Assembly (NCBI GenBank): GCA_050954885.1
Contig: JBPBPI010000117.1
Location: 7,333-31,332, forward strand
DNA: 24,000 nt
Direction of reading: 5' to 3'
Source: Janthinobacterium lividum
Lineage (GTDB): Bacteria > Pseudomonadota > Alphaproteobacteria > Caedimonadales > Caedimonadaceae
Under the pieces are notes generated by a model. That model saw nothing but the letters and a program-made list of their open reading frames with translations, ran no database searches and had not been told where the DNA came from. Positions within the stretch are counted from its first letter, which is position 1. Every line of letters begins with the position of its first letter. The translations under genes and the position numbers were made by a program. Below are positions 17,681 through 24,000 of the stretch, one piece after another.

Positions 17681-17842
17681 ATGTTAAATAAATTTGTATT
17701 CGGTACGTTGCTTTTGACAAGTCTCGTTGGCCTTTCAGGCTGCAATACTTTTGAAGGTGCGGGTCGCGATGTTAAAGGTGCAGGTGAAGCCCTCACAGAC
17801 ACAGCACATGATTCTAAAGAAGCGATTCACAATCGCAAATAA
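17681..17842 (+). CDS. Entericidin EcnA/B-family small lipoprotein (53 aa), absent from the supplied ORF track
   Basis: My translation is MLNKFVFGTLLLTSLVGLSGCNTFEGAGRDVKGAGEALTDTAHDSKEAIHNRK. It has a lipobox LSGC followed by the entericidin-like CNT.EG.G.D....G motif. A strong SD, GAAGGAG (17666-17672), lies 8 nt before the ATG. The stop is TAA at 17840-17842. Confidence 0.75.
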   Translation: MLNKFVFGTLLLTSLVGLSGCNTFEGAGRDVKGAGEALTDTAHDSKEAIHNRK

Positions 17843-17854
17843 TCATTTTTAATT

Positions 17855-17904
17855 AAATCAGGTCATTCAAGAGAAGTTTATATTTTCTTAAAATGACCTG
17901 ATTT
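17855..17904. terminator. Perfect 13-bp inverted repeat between convergent genes (candidate bidirectional terminator)
   Basis: AAATCAGGTCATT (17855-17867) pairs with AATGACCTGATTT (17892-17904), with a 24-nt loop. T/A-rich flanks occur on both sides. It sits between the ecn-like stop (17842) and the stop of the minus-strand SIS gene (17917). The large loop lowers confidence. Confidence 0.5.
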
Positions 17905-17916
17905 TATCCTCTAAAT

Positions 17917-19800
17917 TTAATTTTTTGTCGTACTTTTTAAATAAATTTCTCGAAGAATATCATTGGCCTCAAGTAAACCACAGTCATGTTCAATCATGCA
18001 TTTAATGATTCTGACAATGGGAAAGAAAGATATACGCCCGCCACTTTCGCGTTCAAGACGCTGCTTTTCACTTTTAAATTTTTCTATCATATGAAACAAC
18101 ATTTCTGCTTCTAGTAAAGGCTTAGTGAAATGATCTTTTTGATATAAGTTTTGAATAATTCGAATGGTACGATCAATCAATTTATTATTAGAGGCCGCCA
18201 CATCAATCATGATATTGCCCTCAATTTTACCCAGCCCCATCATTGTCAGATTGGAAATCATGTTAAGGGTTTGTTTTAAAATAATTGTTCTAACGATGCC
18301 TAAAGGATCAACAGAGCGGTCGGGGTTGTAAGTAATAATTAAAGGATGATCTACGATGGCAGATATTCCTGATAAAGATAAAGGTTTTTCTAAAATCGCA
18401 ATTAAACTTGTGAGAGCACCTTGAGCTTTGGTATCTTTTAAAATCTGAAAAATATCTATGATTTCTTGATTTTTACAAGAATCATTAATCACGCCAATTA
18501 GCATGTTTCCTTTTCTTTTAGGACGGTCAGCATAACAACCAAATCCTTGGCCATTCATATCGACAAGAACAGTCTCTATTTCCTTAAGCTCATGTCGTGC
18601 TATAGGACGACCCATTAGATTTTCCCAAGCCGCCTGATTGTCTTTGGCACCTGAAACATAAGCCCGAAACTCGGCTTTTTTACGTCCCTCTTCATGGATA
18701 AATCGAGGTGGATTGGTTGTAAAAGTTGGTGGTGTTTCTGTGGTATCAATCATAATTTCGCGAATGGCACTTCTGGGACTGATGAATGTTGTATAACCCT
18801 CAGAAGTTTCATCTTTTGCACGGAAAAAATTTGCTTTTGGTGACAAAAATATTGCTATTTGTTGTTCTACAATTGCCAAAATATCTTTAAAGTGTGCTTC
18901 AATTTGTTGATTGCCTTTTTCTAAATTTTCAATCATTTTGTCAAATACTTCAGCAGGCGGTGGACTGTTAATATCATGAAGATTCAAATAAAGCGCATTT
19001 AAGGCACCGCCCAAGATAAATTCAGCCAAACTTGCAGCTTGAAGCCTTGTAGATCCTGAAATTGCTTGAGGACCCGTGTCTATCATCAAAGGAATAACAC
19101 CAAATTTATCAAAAAGATCTTGGGTACGAGCGGGGATGGATTTGCTGTTATAAAAATAGTAGACTTTGGCCCCTGCGTCGCGAGCAGCTATTCCGGCACC
19201 TACATTAAATTTTGCTGATCCACTTGCCGATACCAGGAATACGACATCTTTTTCTCGAAGACCATGCTGTTGAATTGTTTCTTTTCCGGATGATTCTGAA
19301 TCTTCAAATCCTTCTTTTGCGCGGACAAAGGCGCCAATACCACCGGCGATAATGCCTTTAACAGTCTCTGCATTAGAATCTGATGCTTGATGAGCTGCGC
19401 GCCATTTTGAAGCTAAATCGACAGCGATCCTACCACTGGAGCCGGCACCTAAAAATATAATTTTACCTCCTTGATCCTGACTTTCTCTAAGTTGACAGTA
19501 CACAAGATCCAAAAAATCTGACTGATATTGACGAATACCTTTAATAATTGTTTGATCAACTTGATTAAGTTGAGATAGTCCTTCAAGAGGATCTCTCTTA
19601 AAATTTTCACTCAAGTTTTTTGTAATGGGACAAATTTTTTCTGTCGTTGTGTTTTCAAAACTAAATTCTGCTTGGAAACGCCTATACTTTTCTTTTGGAT
19701 CTAAGCTTTCTTCAAAAGGTGCTGTGGCACTTGTTGGCGCGACAAAATTTAAGCACCAAAAAAATAAAACAAAGTAACCCTGAGAGATTTTAAATTTCAT
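17917..19800 (-). CDS. MurQ (N-acetylmuramic acid 6-phosphate etherase)/GKRP-family double-SIS-architecture protein with an N-terminal signal peptide
   Basis: 627 aa. MurQ motifs GGKIIFLGAGSSGR, IIAGG..FVRAKEGFEDS, VVFLVSASGS and ISGSTRLQAAS lie in residues about 100-290. The MurQ C-terminal motif GKIEGNIMIDVAASNNKLIDRTIRII appears only about 270 residues later. The N-terminus MKFKISQGYFVLFFWCLNFVAPTSATAP looks like a Sec signal. A strong SD, AGGAAG, lies 8 nt upstream of the ATG at 19800. Confidence 0.75.
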   Translation of the reverse strand: MKFKISQGYFVLFFWCLNFVAPTSATAPFEESLDPKEKYRRFQAEFSFENTTTEKICPITKNLSENFKRDPLEGLSQLNQVDQTIIKGIRQYQSDFLDLVYCQLRESQDQGGKIIFLGAGSSGRIAVDLASKWRAAHQASDSNAETVKGIIAGGIGAFVRAKEGFEDSESSGKETIQQHGLREKDVVFLVSASGSAKFNVGAGIAARDAGAKVYYFYNSKSIPARTQDLFDKFGVIPLMIDTGPQAISGSTRLQAASLAEFILGGALNALYLNLHDINSPPPAEVFDKMIENLEKGNQQIEAHFKDILAIVEQQIAIFLSPKANFFRAKDETSEGYTTFISPRSAIREIMIDTTETPPTFTTNPPRFIHEEGRKKAEFRAYVSGAKDNQAAWENLMGRPIARHELKEIETVLVDMNGQGFGCYADRPKRKGNMLIGVINDSCKNQEIIDIFQILKDTKAQGALTSLIAILEKPLSLSGISAIVDHPLIITYNPDRSVDPLGIVRTIILKQTLNMISNLTMMGLGKIEGNIMIDVAASNNKLIDRTIRIIQNLYQKDHFTKPLLEAEMLFHMIEKFKSEKQRLERESGGRISFFPIVRIIKCMIEHDCGLLEANDILREIYLKSTTKN

Positions 19801-19833
19801 AAAAATTACTTCCTGTTAAAGTTTTTTTAATTT

Positions 19834-19857
19834 TCTGTTTTTAAAATTAAAAACAGA
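19834..19857. promoter_or_regulatory. 24-bp near-perfect palindrome in a divergent promoter region (candidate operator)
   Basis: The sequence is TCTGTTTTTAAAATTAAAAACAGA, with 11 of 12 positions self-complementary. It lies 34-57 nt upstream of the GKRP-like gene start and about 155 nt upstream of etfB. Confidence 0.3.
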
Positions 19858-19949
19858 GAGTTTTTTCAAAAGATAGCGCAATTGATATCGTAAATCTATG
19901 ATACGAATGCCTAAAAAAGTTATTCTTTTTGTTTTCGGATGATCTTAGA

Positions 19950-19979
19950 TTGACATAAGTCCTGACTGTGTTCTTAAAT
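19950..19979 (+). promoter_or_regulatory. Candidate sigma70-type promoter for etfBA
   Basis: A perfect -35 TTGACA (19950-19955) is followed by an 18-nt spacer and TTAAAT (19974-19979). It lies about 33 nt upstream of the etfB ATG. The sequence context is AT-rich, so a chance match is possible. Confidence 0.3.
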
Positions 19980-20011
19980 AATATGAATAATTATAAAATA
20001 GGGTGGCTTTG

Positions 20012-20761
20012 ATGAAGATTTTAACTGCAATCAAACGGGTGCTGGATTATCATATCAAAGTTCGGATTAAGCCGGATCAAACAGGTGTTGATCTGACCAA
20101 TCTTAAAATGTCCATGAATCCCTTTGATGAAATTGCTGTGGAAGAGGGTGTGAGATTGCGTGAATCCGGCAACGCAGATGAATTGATTGTGGTATCGATC
20201 GGCCCGCTGGTAGCACAAGATATTTTAAGATCAGCATTGGCCCTGGGCGCAGACCGCGCGATACTCGTTCAAACAGACGAATCTTATGAGCCATTGAATA
20301 TCGCCAAGATTTTAAAATCGATTGTTGAACGTGAACAACCGGATTTAATTTTAATGGGCAAGCAAGCCATCGACAACGATTGCAATCAAACAGGACAGAT
20401 GTTATCGGCCTTATTGGGATGGCCTCAAGGCACTTTTATTTCTCAATTAACGCCCCAAGATAAGACCATTCAAGTCATCCGAGAAGTCGATGGTGGCCAT
20501 GAAACTCTCGAGATGACATTGCCAGCGGTGGTAACCACGGATTTACGCCTTAATATTCCTCGTTATCCTAAATTGCCCAATATCATGAAAGCCAAACAAA
20601 AACCTTTGGAAATTATGCCTTTGGAAAGCTTGGGTTTAACCTTAGCATCTCATCAAAAATTATTAAAGGTTACCCCACCTCAAAGCCGTCATGCTGGCAT
20701 TAAAGTCAAAGATGTTGATGATTTGGTTCGCCATCTTCACGATCAAGCAAAGGTGATATAA
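20012..20761 (+). CDS. etfB: Electron transfer flavoprotein beta subunit EtfB
   Basis: MKILTAIKRVLDYHIKVRIKP is the canonical EtfB N-terminus, so the start is set at ATG 20012 rather than GTG 20003. The motifs NPFDEIAVEEGVRL and ILMGKQAIDNDCNQTGQMLSALLGWPQ are present. Confidence 0.95.
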   Translation: MKILTAIKRVLDYHIKVRIKPDQTGVDLTNLKMSMNPFDEIAVEEGVRLRESGNADELIVVSIGPLVAQDILRSALALGADRAILVQTDESYEPLNIAKILKSIVEREQPDLILMGKQAIDNDCNQTGQMLSALLGWPQGTFISQLTPQDKTIQVIREVDGGHETLEMTLPAVVTTDLRLNIPRYPKLPNIMKAKQKPLEIMPLESLGLTLASHQKLLKVTPPQSRHAGIKVKDVDDLVRHLHDQAKVI

Positions 20762-21712
20762 ATGTCGATTCTAATTATTTGCGAACACGATCATAAGGTT
20801 TTAAAACCGGCCAATCTTCATGTTATCTCGGCGGCACTGAGTTTAAATCTTCCTATCGATTTGTGGGTACTAGGGCATCAATCTGATGCAGTTATTGAAT
20901 CAGCCTCTCATATTCCTGGACTGCGCAACGTTTTAAAGACCCAGCATGAAAGCTTAAATGGTCAATGTGCTGAAATAATGGCAGAAGTCATTGCTGAAAA
21001 AGGCAAAGAGTATCAATATATTATGGCACCGGCCTCGACTTTTGGTAAGAATTTGATGCCGCGAGTGGCGGCGTTATTAGATCAATCACAACTGTCGGAT
21101 GTTATGGCCATTGAAGGACCTGATGTTTTTGTGCGCCCTATCTATGCCGGCAATGCGATCGCCACCGTACAATCTTTGGACGACATTAAAATTATGACCA
21201 TTCGCATCACGGCCTTTTCTGCGGCACCCGCTCAAGGCGGGCAAATACCTGTTGACGTTGTTGACATGACAAAACCTCAAGGACGTGCGTCTTGTTTGAT
21301 TGATTATCATGAAGTTGTGTCTTCGCGACCTGAACTGACAGCCGCTCGGATTGTAGTATCGGGCGGGCGAGGACTTCAAAGTAAAGAAAATTTTAAACTG
21401 ATTGAAGATTTAGCAGACACGCTGGGCGCTGGTGTTGGTGCCTCGCGGGCTGCTGTCGATGCCGGTTATGTTCCCAACGATTATCAAGTGGGGCAAACCG
21501 GTAAAATCGTAGCCCCTGAGTTGTATATTGCGGTGGGTCTTTCCGGTGCCATTCAACATCTGGCCGGCATGAAAGATAGCAAGATTATTGTGGCCATTAA
21601 CAAAGATCCTGAAGCCCCTATTTTTCAAGTGGCCGATTATGGCTTGGTCGGTGATTTGTTTGACATTGTTCCTGCTTTGATCAATACTCTCAAATCAAAA
21701 ACTTCAAATTAA
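20762..21712 (+). CDS. etfA: Electron transfer flavoprotein alpha subunit EtfA
   Basis: 316 aa. The ATG immediately follows the etfB stop codon. The FAD-binding C-terminal block VVSGGRG...GASRAAVDAGYVPNDYQVGQTGKIVAPELYIAVGLSGAIQHLAGM is present. Confidence 0.95.
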   Translation: MSILIICEHDHKVLKPANLHVISAALSLNLPIDLWVLGHQSDAVIESASHIPGLRNVLKTQHESLNGQCAEIMAEVIAEKGKEYQYIMAPASTFGKNLMPRVAALLDQSQLSDVMAIEGPDVFVRPIYAGNAIATVQSLDDIKIMTIRITAFSAAPAQGGQIPVDVVDMTKPQGRASCLIDYHEVVSSRPELTAARIVVSGGRGLQSKENFKLIEDLADTLGAGVGASRAAVDAGYVPNDYQVGQTGKIVAPELYIAVGLSGAIQHLAGMKDSKIIVAINKDPEAPIFQVADYGLVGDLFDIVPALINTLKSKTSN

Positions 21713-21747
21713 CTATTTGAAATATATATTTAATTGAGTATTAAAAA

Positions 21748-22218
21748 ATGATCATGAAAATTTTAAACAACAAGATATCAATGTTTTTTGTCCTAACATT
21801 CATGGCAACTCAAGATCAAACTTTGCAAGCGAGCAATCAAATTCCTAAGGTTTCACGAAAATTTGAGAAAAGCTTAAAACTTGCAAATCAAGGAGATGCA
21901 ATAGCTCAATACAAGCTTGGATGTAGGTATTATCTTGGAAAAGGAATTGATCAAGATTTAGCAACAGCTTCTGAATGGTATCAAAAATCAGCTGAGCAAG
22001 GGTGTGCAGATGCTCAATATGCCCTTGGATTTATGTATGAATACGGGGAAGGTGTGGATAAAAATTTATTGAAGGCTGGTATATGGTATTCAAAAGCAAT
22101 TCTACAAGGACATATACAAGCTCGAAAAGATTTAGACAAATTGTTAGAAGTAGATATTTTTTATGGAAAAAAACAATTCTCGCAAAAAGAAGATGAGATT
22201 GAATCAATCTTTAAATAA
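21748..22218 (+). CDS. Sel1-like repeat (SLR/TPR-like) protein with a probable signal peptide
   Basis: 156 aa. There are about three tandem Sel1 repeats (AIAQYKLGCRYYLGKGIDQDLATASEWYQKSAEQG, CADAQYALGFMYEYGEGVDKNLLKAGIWYSKAILQG). The N-terminus is hydrophobic (ISMFFVLTFMA). Confidence 0.85.
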   Translation: MIMKILNNKISMFFVLTFMATQDQTLQASNQIPKVSRKFEKSLKLANQGDAIAQYKLGCRYYLGKGIDQDLATASEWYQKSAEQGCADAQYALGFMYEYGEGVDKNLLKAGIWYSKAILQGHIQARKDLDKLLEVDIFYGKKQFSQKEDEIESIFK

Positions 22219-22248
22219 TTGATTTAAGAAAAAATCAAAACTATTAAA

Positions 22249-22282
22249 CAGGATGTGGAATCGAATGTCGCATCCTTTTTTG
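22249..22282 (+). terminator. Rho-independent terminator after the Sel1-repeat gene
   Basis: The stem GGATGTG (22251-22257) pairs with CGCATCC (22269-22275), with one G-U pair and an 11-nt loop. It is followed by T6 (22276-22281). Confidence 0.6.
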
Positions 22283-22332
22283 ACATAATAAATTCATCCA
22301 TAAAAATTTAATCTCTTTGGGATATTTCATAA

Positions 22333-22360
22333 TAAAGTATAGTAAGATTGTATCCGATCG
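22333..22360 (+). promoter_or_regulatory. Candidate sigma28 (FliA)-type promoter for motAB
   Basis: TAAA (22333-22336), a 16-nt spacer, then TCCGATCG (22353-22360). The consensus is TAAA-N15-GCCGATAA. The core CCGAT is conserved and the spacing is off by one. It lies about 30 nt upstream of the motA TTG start. Confidence 0.3.
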
Positions 22361-22389
22361 CAAAATAATAATAAAAATGGGGGATCGTC

Positions 22390-23256
22390 TTGTTTTTCAT
22401 AGGGGCAGCTGTTGTATTTATTTGTGTATTTGGCGGGTTTGTGGTCATGGGTGGTCACATCGAGGTCTTGCTCGAGGGCGCTCCTAAAGAAATGGTCATC
22501 ATTGGTGGTGCAGCCGTTGGTGCCTATCTGATTTCAAATTCTAAAACTGTGATTTCTGGTACGGGTCAGGCCATGAAAGACCTAATTAAAGGACCGCCTT
22601 TTAATAAACAAGATTATCTTGAATTGCTTAGCTTACTTTATCTAATTTTCAAATTAGCCAAAAGTAAAGGGATGTTGATGTTGGAATCCCATGTTGAAAA
22701 TCCAGAAGAGAGTTCATTATTTAAACAATTCCCAAAGTTTTTAGAAAATCATCATGCCGTTACCTTTTTGTGTGATTATCTGCGCATAATGACGATGGGT
22801 ACCGAAAATGCTCATCAAATGGAAGATGTTATGAATGAAGAACTGGAAACCCACCATCATGAACGTTCGCAAATGGCCGGTGCTTTCATGTCTATGGGCG
22901 ATGGTCTGCCTGCATTAGGTATCGTGGCCGCGGTTTTGGGCGTGATTAAAACCATGGGTGCCATTGATCAACCACCGCCTGTACTTGGTCGACTCATTGG
23001 AGGGGCTTTGGTGGGAACATTCCTGGGTGTTTTACTGGCTTACGGATTTGTGGGACCCATTGGAAATGCTTTGACAAACATTTATGCGTGCGAAGCCAAG
23101 TATTATCAATGTATCAAAGCGGGTTTGGTCGCTTTCATGAACGGATATCCACCCGCTGTGGCATTGGAATTTGCCCGCAAAACTATTTTGTCGGATGTTC
23201 GACCTTCTTTTTACGATGTCGAGAAAACCGTGTCTGAATTACCCACCCAAGGTTGA
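22390..23256 (+). CDS. motA: Flagellar motor stator protein MotA
   Basis: 288 aa with four TM segments. The N-terminus (M)FFIGAAVVFICVFGGFVVMGGHIEVL...MVIIGGAAVGAYLI and the C-terminal GDGLPALGIVAAVLGVIKTMG...GGALVGTFLGVLLAYGF are typical of MotA. The start is TTG 22390, with the SD GGGGA at 22379-22383. Confidence 0.9.
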   Translation: MFFIGAAVVFICVFGGFVVMGGHIEVLLEGAPKEMVIIGGAAVGAYLISNSKTVISGTGQAMKDLIKGPPFNKQDYLELLSLLYLIFKLAKSKGMLMLESHVENPEESSLFKQFPKFLENHHAVTFLCDYLRIMTMGTENAHQMEDVMNEELETHHHERSQMAGAFMSMGDGLPALGIVAAVLGVIKTMGAIDQPPPVLGRLIGGALVGTFLGVLLAYGFVGPIGNALTNIYACEAKYYQCIKAGLVAFMNGYPPAVALEFARKTILSDVRPSFYDVEKTVSELPTQG

Positions 23257-23265
23257 CAATAGATC

Positions 23266-24000
23266 ATGGCAAATTCTCCCGTCATTATTATCAAAAAAAT
23301 AAAGAAAGTATCTCATGGGGGTCATCATGGCGGTGGTTGGAAGGTGGCTTATGCTGACTTTGTGACCGCAATGATGGCATTTTTTCTTCTTATGTGGCTT
23401 TTAAATGCGACCACCGAAGAGCAACGAAAGGGAATTTCTAATTATTTTGGCCCGCCTGGTGATCAAATAGGGGCCGGTGGAAGTGGTGGTATATTGGGGG
23501 GAAAATCACTGGAAACCGAAGGAAATTTTCAAGATTCACGCGCCTCCTCACCCATGGATTCAAATCACATTAAAAAAGAAAGCGAAGAGCCGAGTGATGA
23601 CGAAGACGTGGGAAAAACATCAGGTGATAAAAAAGGAGAGAGTAAAGACAAAAATTTAGAGGCCGCTCAAGCCCAAAAAGTCATTGAAAAGTTTGAATCT
23701 GAGAAATTTCGTGAGGCAGAGCAAGAACTTCGTCAAGCCATTCAAAAAATGCCTGATCTTAAAGATTTGGCGCAAAATCTTATTATCGATCAGACGCCTG
23801 AAGGGCTGCGGATTCAAATTGTGGACCAAAAACGCCTGAGTATGTTCCCAAGCGGCAGTGCCGATATGTATCCCTATACCCGTAAACTTTTGCAGTACGT
23901 CGAACAAATTGTCGAAAAGCTGCCTAATAAAATTTCCATCACAGGTCATACCGATGACAGGCCTTATTCAGAGGGCGCAAAATACACTATAGCTGATTGA
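23266..24000 (+). CDS. motB: Flagellar motor stator protein MotB, ending prematurely at the start of its OmpA-like peptidoglycan-binding domain (possible pseudogene or assembly boundary)
   Basis: The segment WKVAYADFVTAMMAFFLLMWLL is the TM helix with the conserved Asp. ISITGHTDDRPY is the start of the OmpA-like domain. An in-frame TGA falls at 23998-24000, exactly the last three bases of the window. Confidence 0.8.
   Translation: MANSPVIIIKKIKKVSHGGHHGGGWKVAYADFVTAMMAFFLLMWLLNATTEEQRKGISNYFGPPGDQIGAGGSGGILGGKSLETEGNFQDSRASSPMDSNHIKKESEEPSDDEDVGKTSGDKKGESKDKNLEAAQAQKVIEKFESEKFREAEQELRQAIQKMPDLKDLAQNLIIDQTPEGLRIQIVDQKRLSMFPSGSADMYPYTRKLLQYVEQIVEKLPNKISITGHTDDRPYSEGAKYTIAD

Noticed and set aside
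20003-20011. A GTG start three codons upstream of the etfB ATG.
   Set aside because: EtfB proteins canonically begin MKIL.A.KRV, and ATG 20012 reproduces this. GGGTGG upstream can serve as its SD.
22377-22484. ATG 22377 opens an out-of-frame ORF of about 35 codons that overlaps the motA start.
   Set aside because: The translation has no motif support. The MotA N-terminus aligns from TTG 22390, and the GGGGA within this stretch serves as the motA SD.
1783-23949. Short track ORFs lying antisense to, or out of frame within, well-supported genes. They are 1783-1980, 3160-3501, 6483-6665, 7801-7995, 8578-8760, 8637-8855, 9784-10038, 9944-10237, 10706-10927, 11548-11730, 12482-12727, 12753-12950, 14374-14784, 15600-15917, 15728-15910, 16654-16845, 20021-20218, 20103-20294, 21086-21379, 21410-21628, 23477-23659 and 23656-23949.
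   Set aside because: All are fully embedded in longer ORFs that have clear family motifs. Their translations are low-complexity or show no recognisable motifs. No ribosome-binding sites were evident. They are treated as shadow ORFs.
1-24000. A window-wide look for CRISPR repeats, rRNA/tRNA genes, IS elements or transposases, integrases, toxin-antitoxin pairs and known defence-system genes.
   Set aside because: No regularly spaced repeats, no T-loop-like GTTCGAATC motifs in intergenic DNA, and no ORF with transposase, integrase, nuclease or ATPase defence signatures were recognised. Every ORF longer than 100 aa that is not a shadow ORF is assigned to a recognisable protein family, though several have no defined function.

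Overview
This looks like a chromosomal window from an AT-rich Gram-negative bacterium. It is probably an alphaproteobacterium with a host-associated or intracellular lifestyle. That is inferred by eye from the EtfBA, CyaY, FolD, MotAB and Mla protein sequences, a Sel1-repeat protein and signs of gene erosion, and is not verifiable here. There are three blocks. (i) 1 to about 8300 is a very low-GC, minus-strand surface-polysaccharide operon. It encodes a Wzx-like flippase, a fused MDR-dehydrogenase/Gfo-Idh-MocA oxidoreductase, a signal-less heparinase II/III-like protein, a WbuB-like GT4 transferase and a WbpP/TviC-like epimerase. (ii) 8361-11207 is an isolated tssF-tssG type VI secretion baseplate pair, and tssF is broken by a 1-nt frameshift. 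It lies between a strong terminator and an abrupt compositional break. (iii) 11.4-24 kb is a higher-GC housekeeping backbone. It carries mlaA-mlaC, a DsbA-like oxidoreductase, cyaY tightly coupled to an ABCB-type exporter, yggT-folD, and an entericidin-like lipoprotein gene that is absent from the ORF track. It also carries a 627-aa signal-peptide-bearing MurQ/GKRP-like double-SIS protein, etfBA, a Sel1-repeat protein, motA, and a motB that ends prematurely at the window edge. I recognised no rRNA, tRNA, CRISPR array, transposase or integrase. I do not see a complete, obviously novel multi-gene system. The best leads are the exported GKRP-like protein, the orphan frameshifted tssFG pair, the uncharacterised oxidoreductase/heparinase-like/GT cassette, and the cyaY-ABC exporter coupling.
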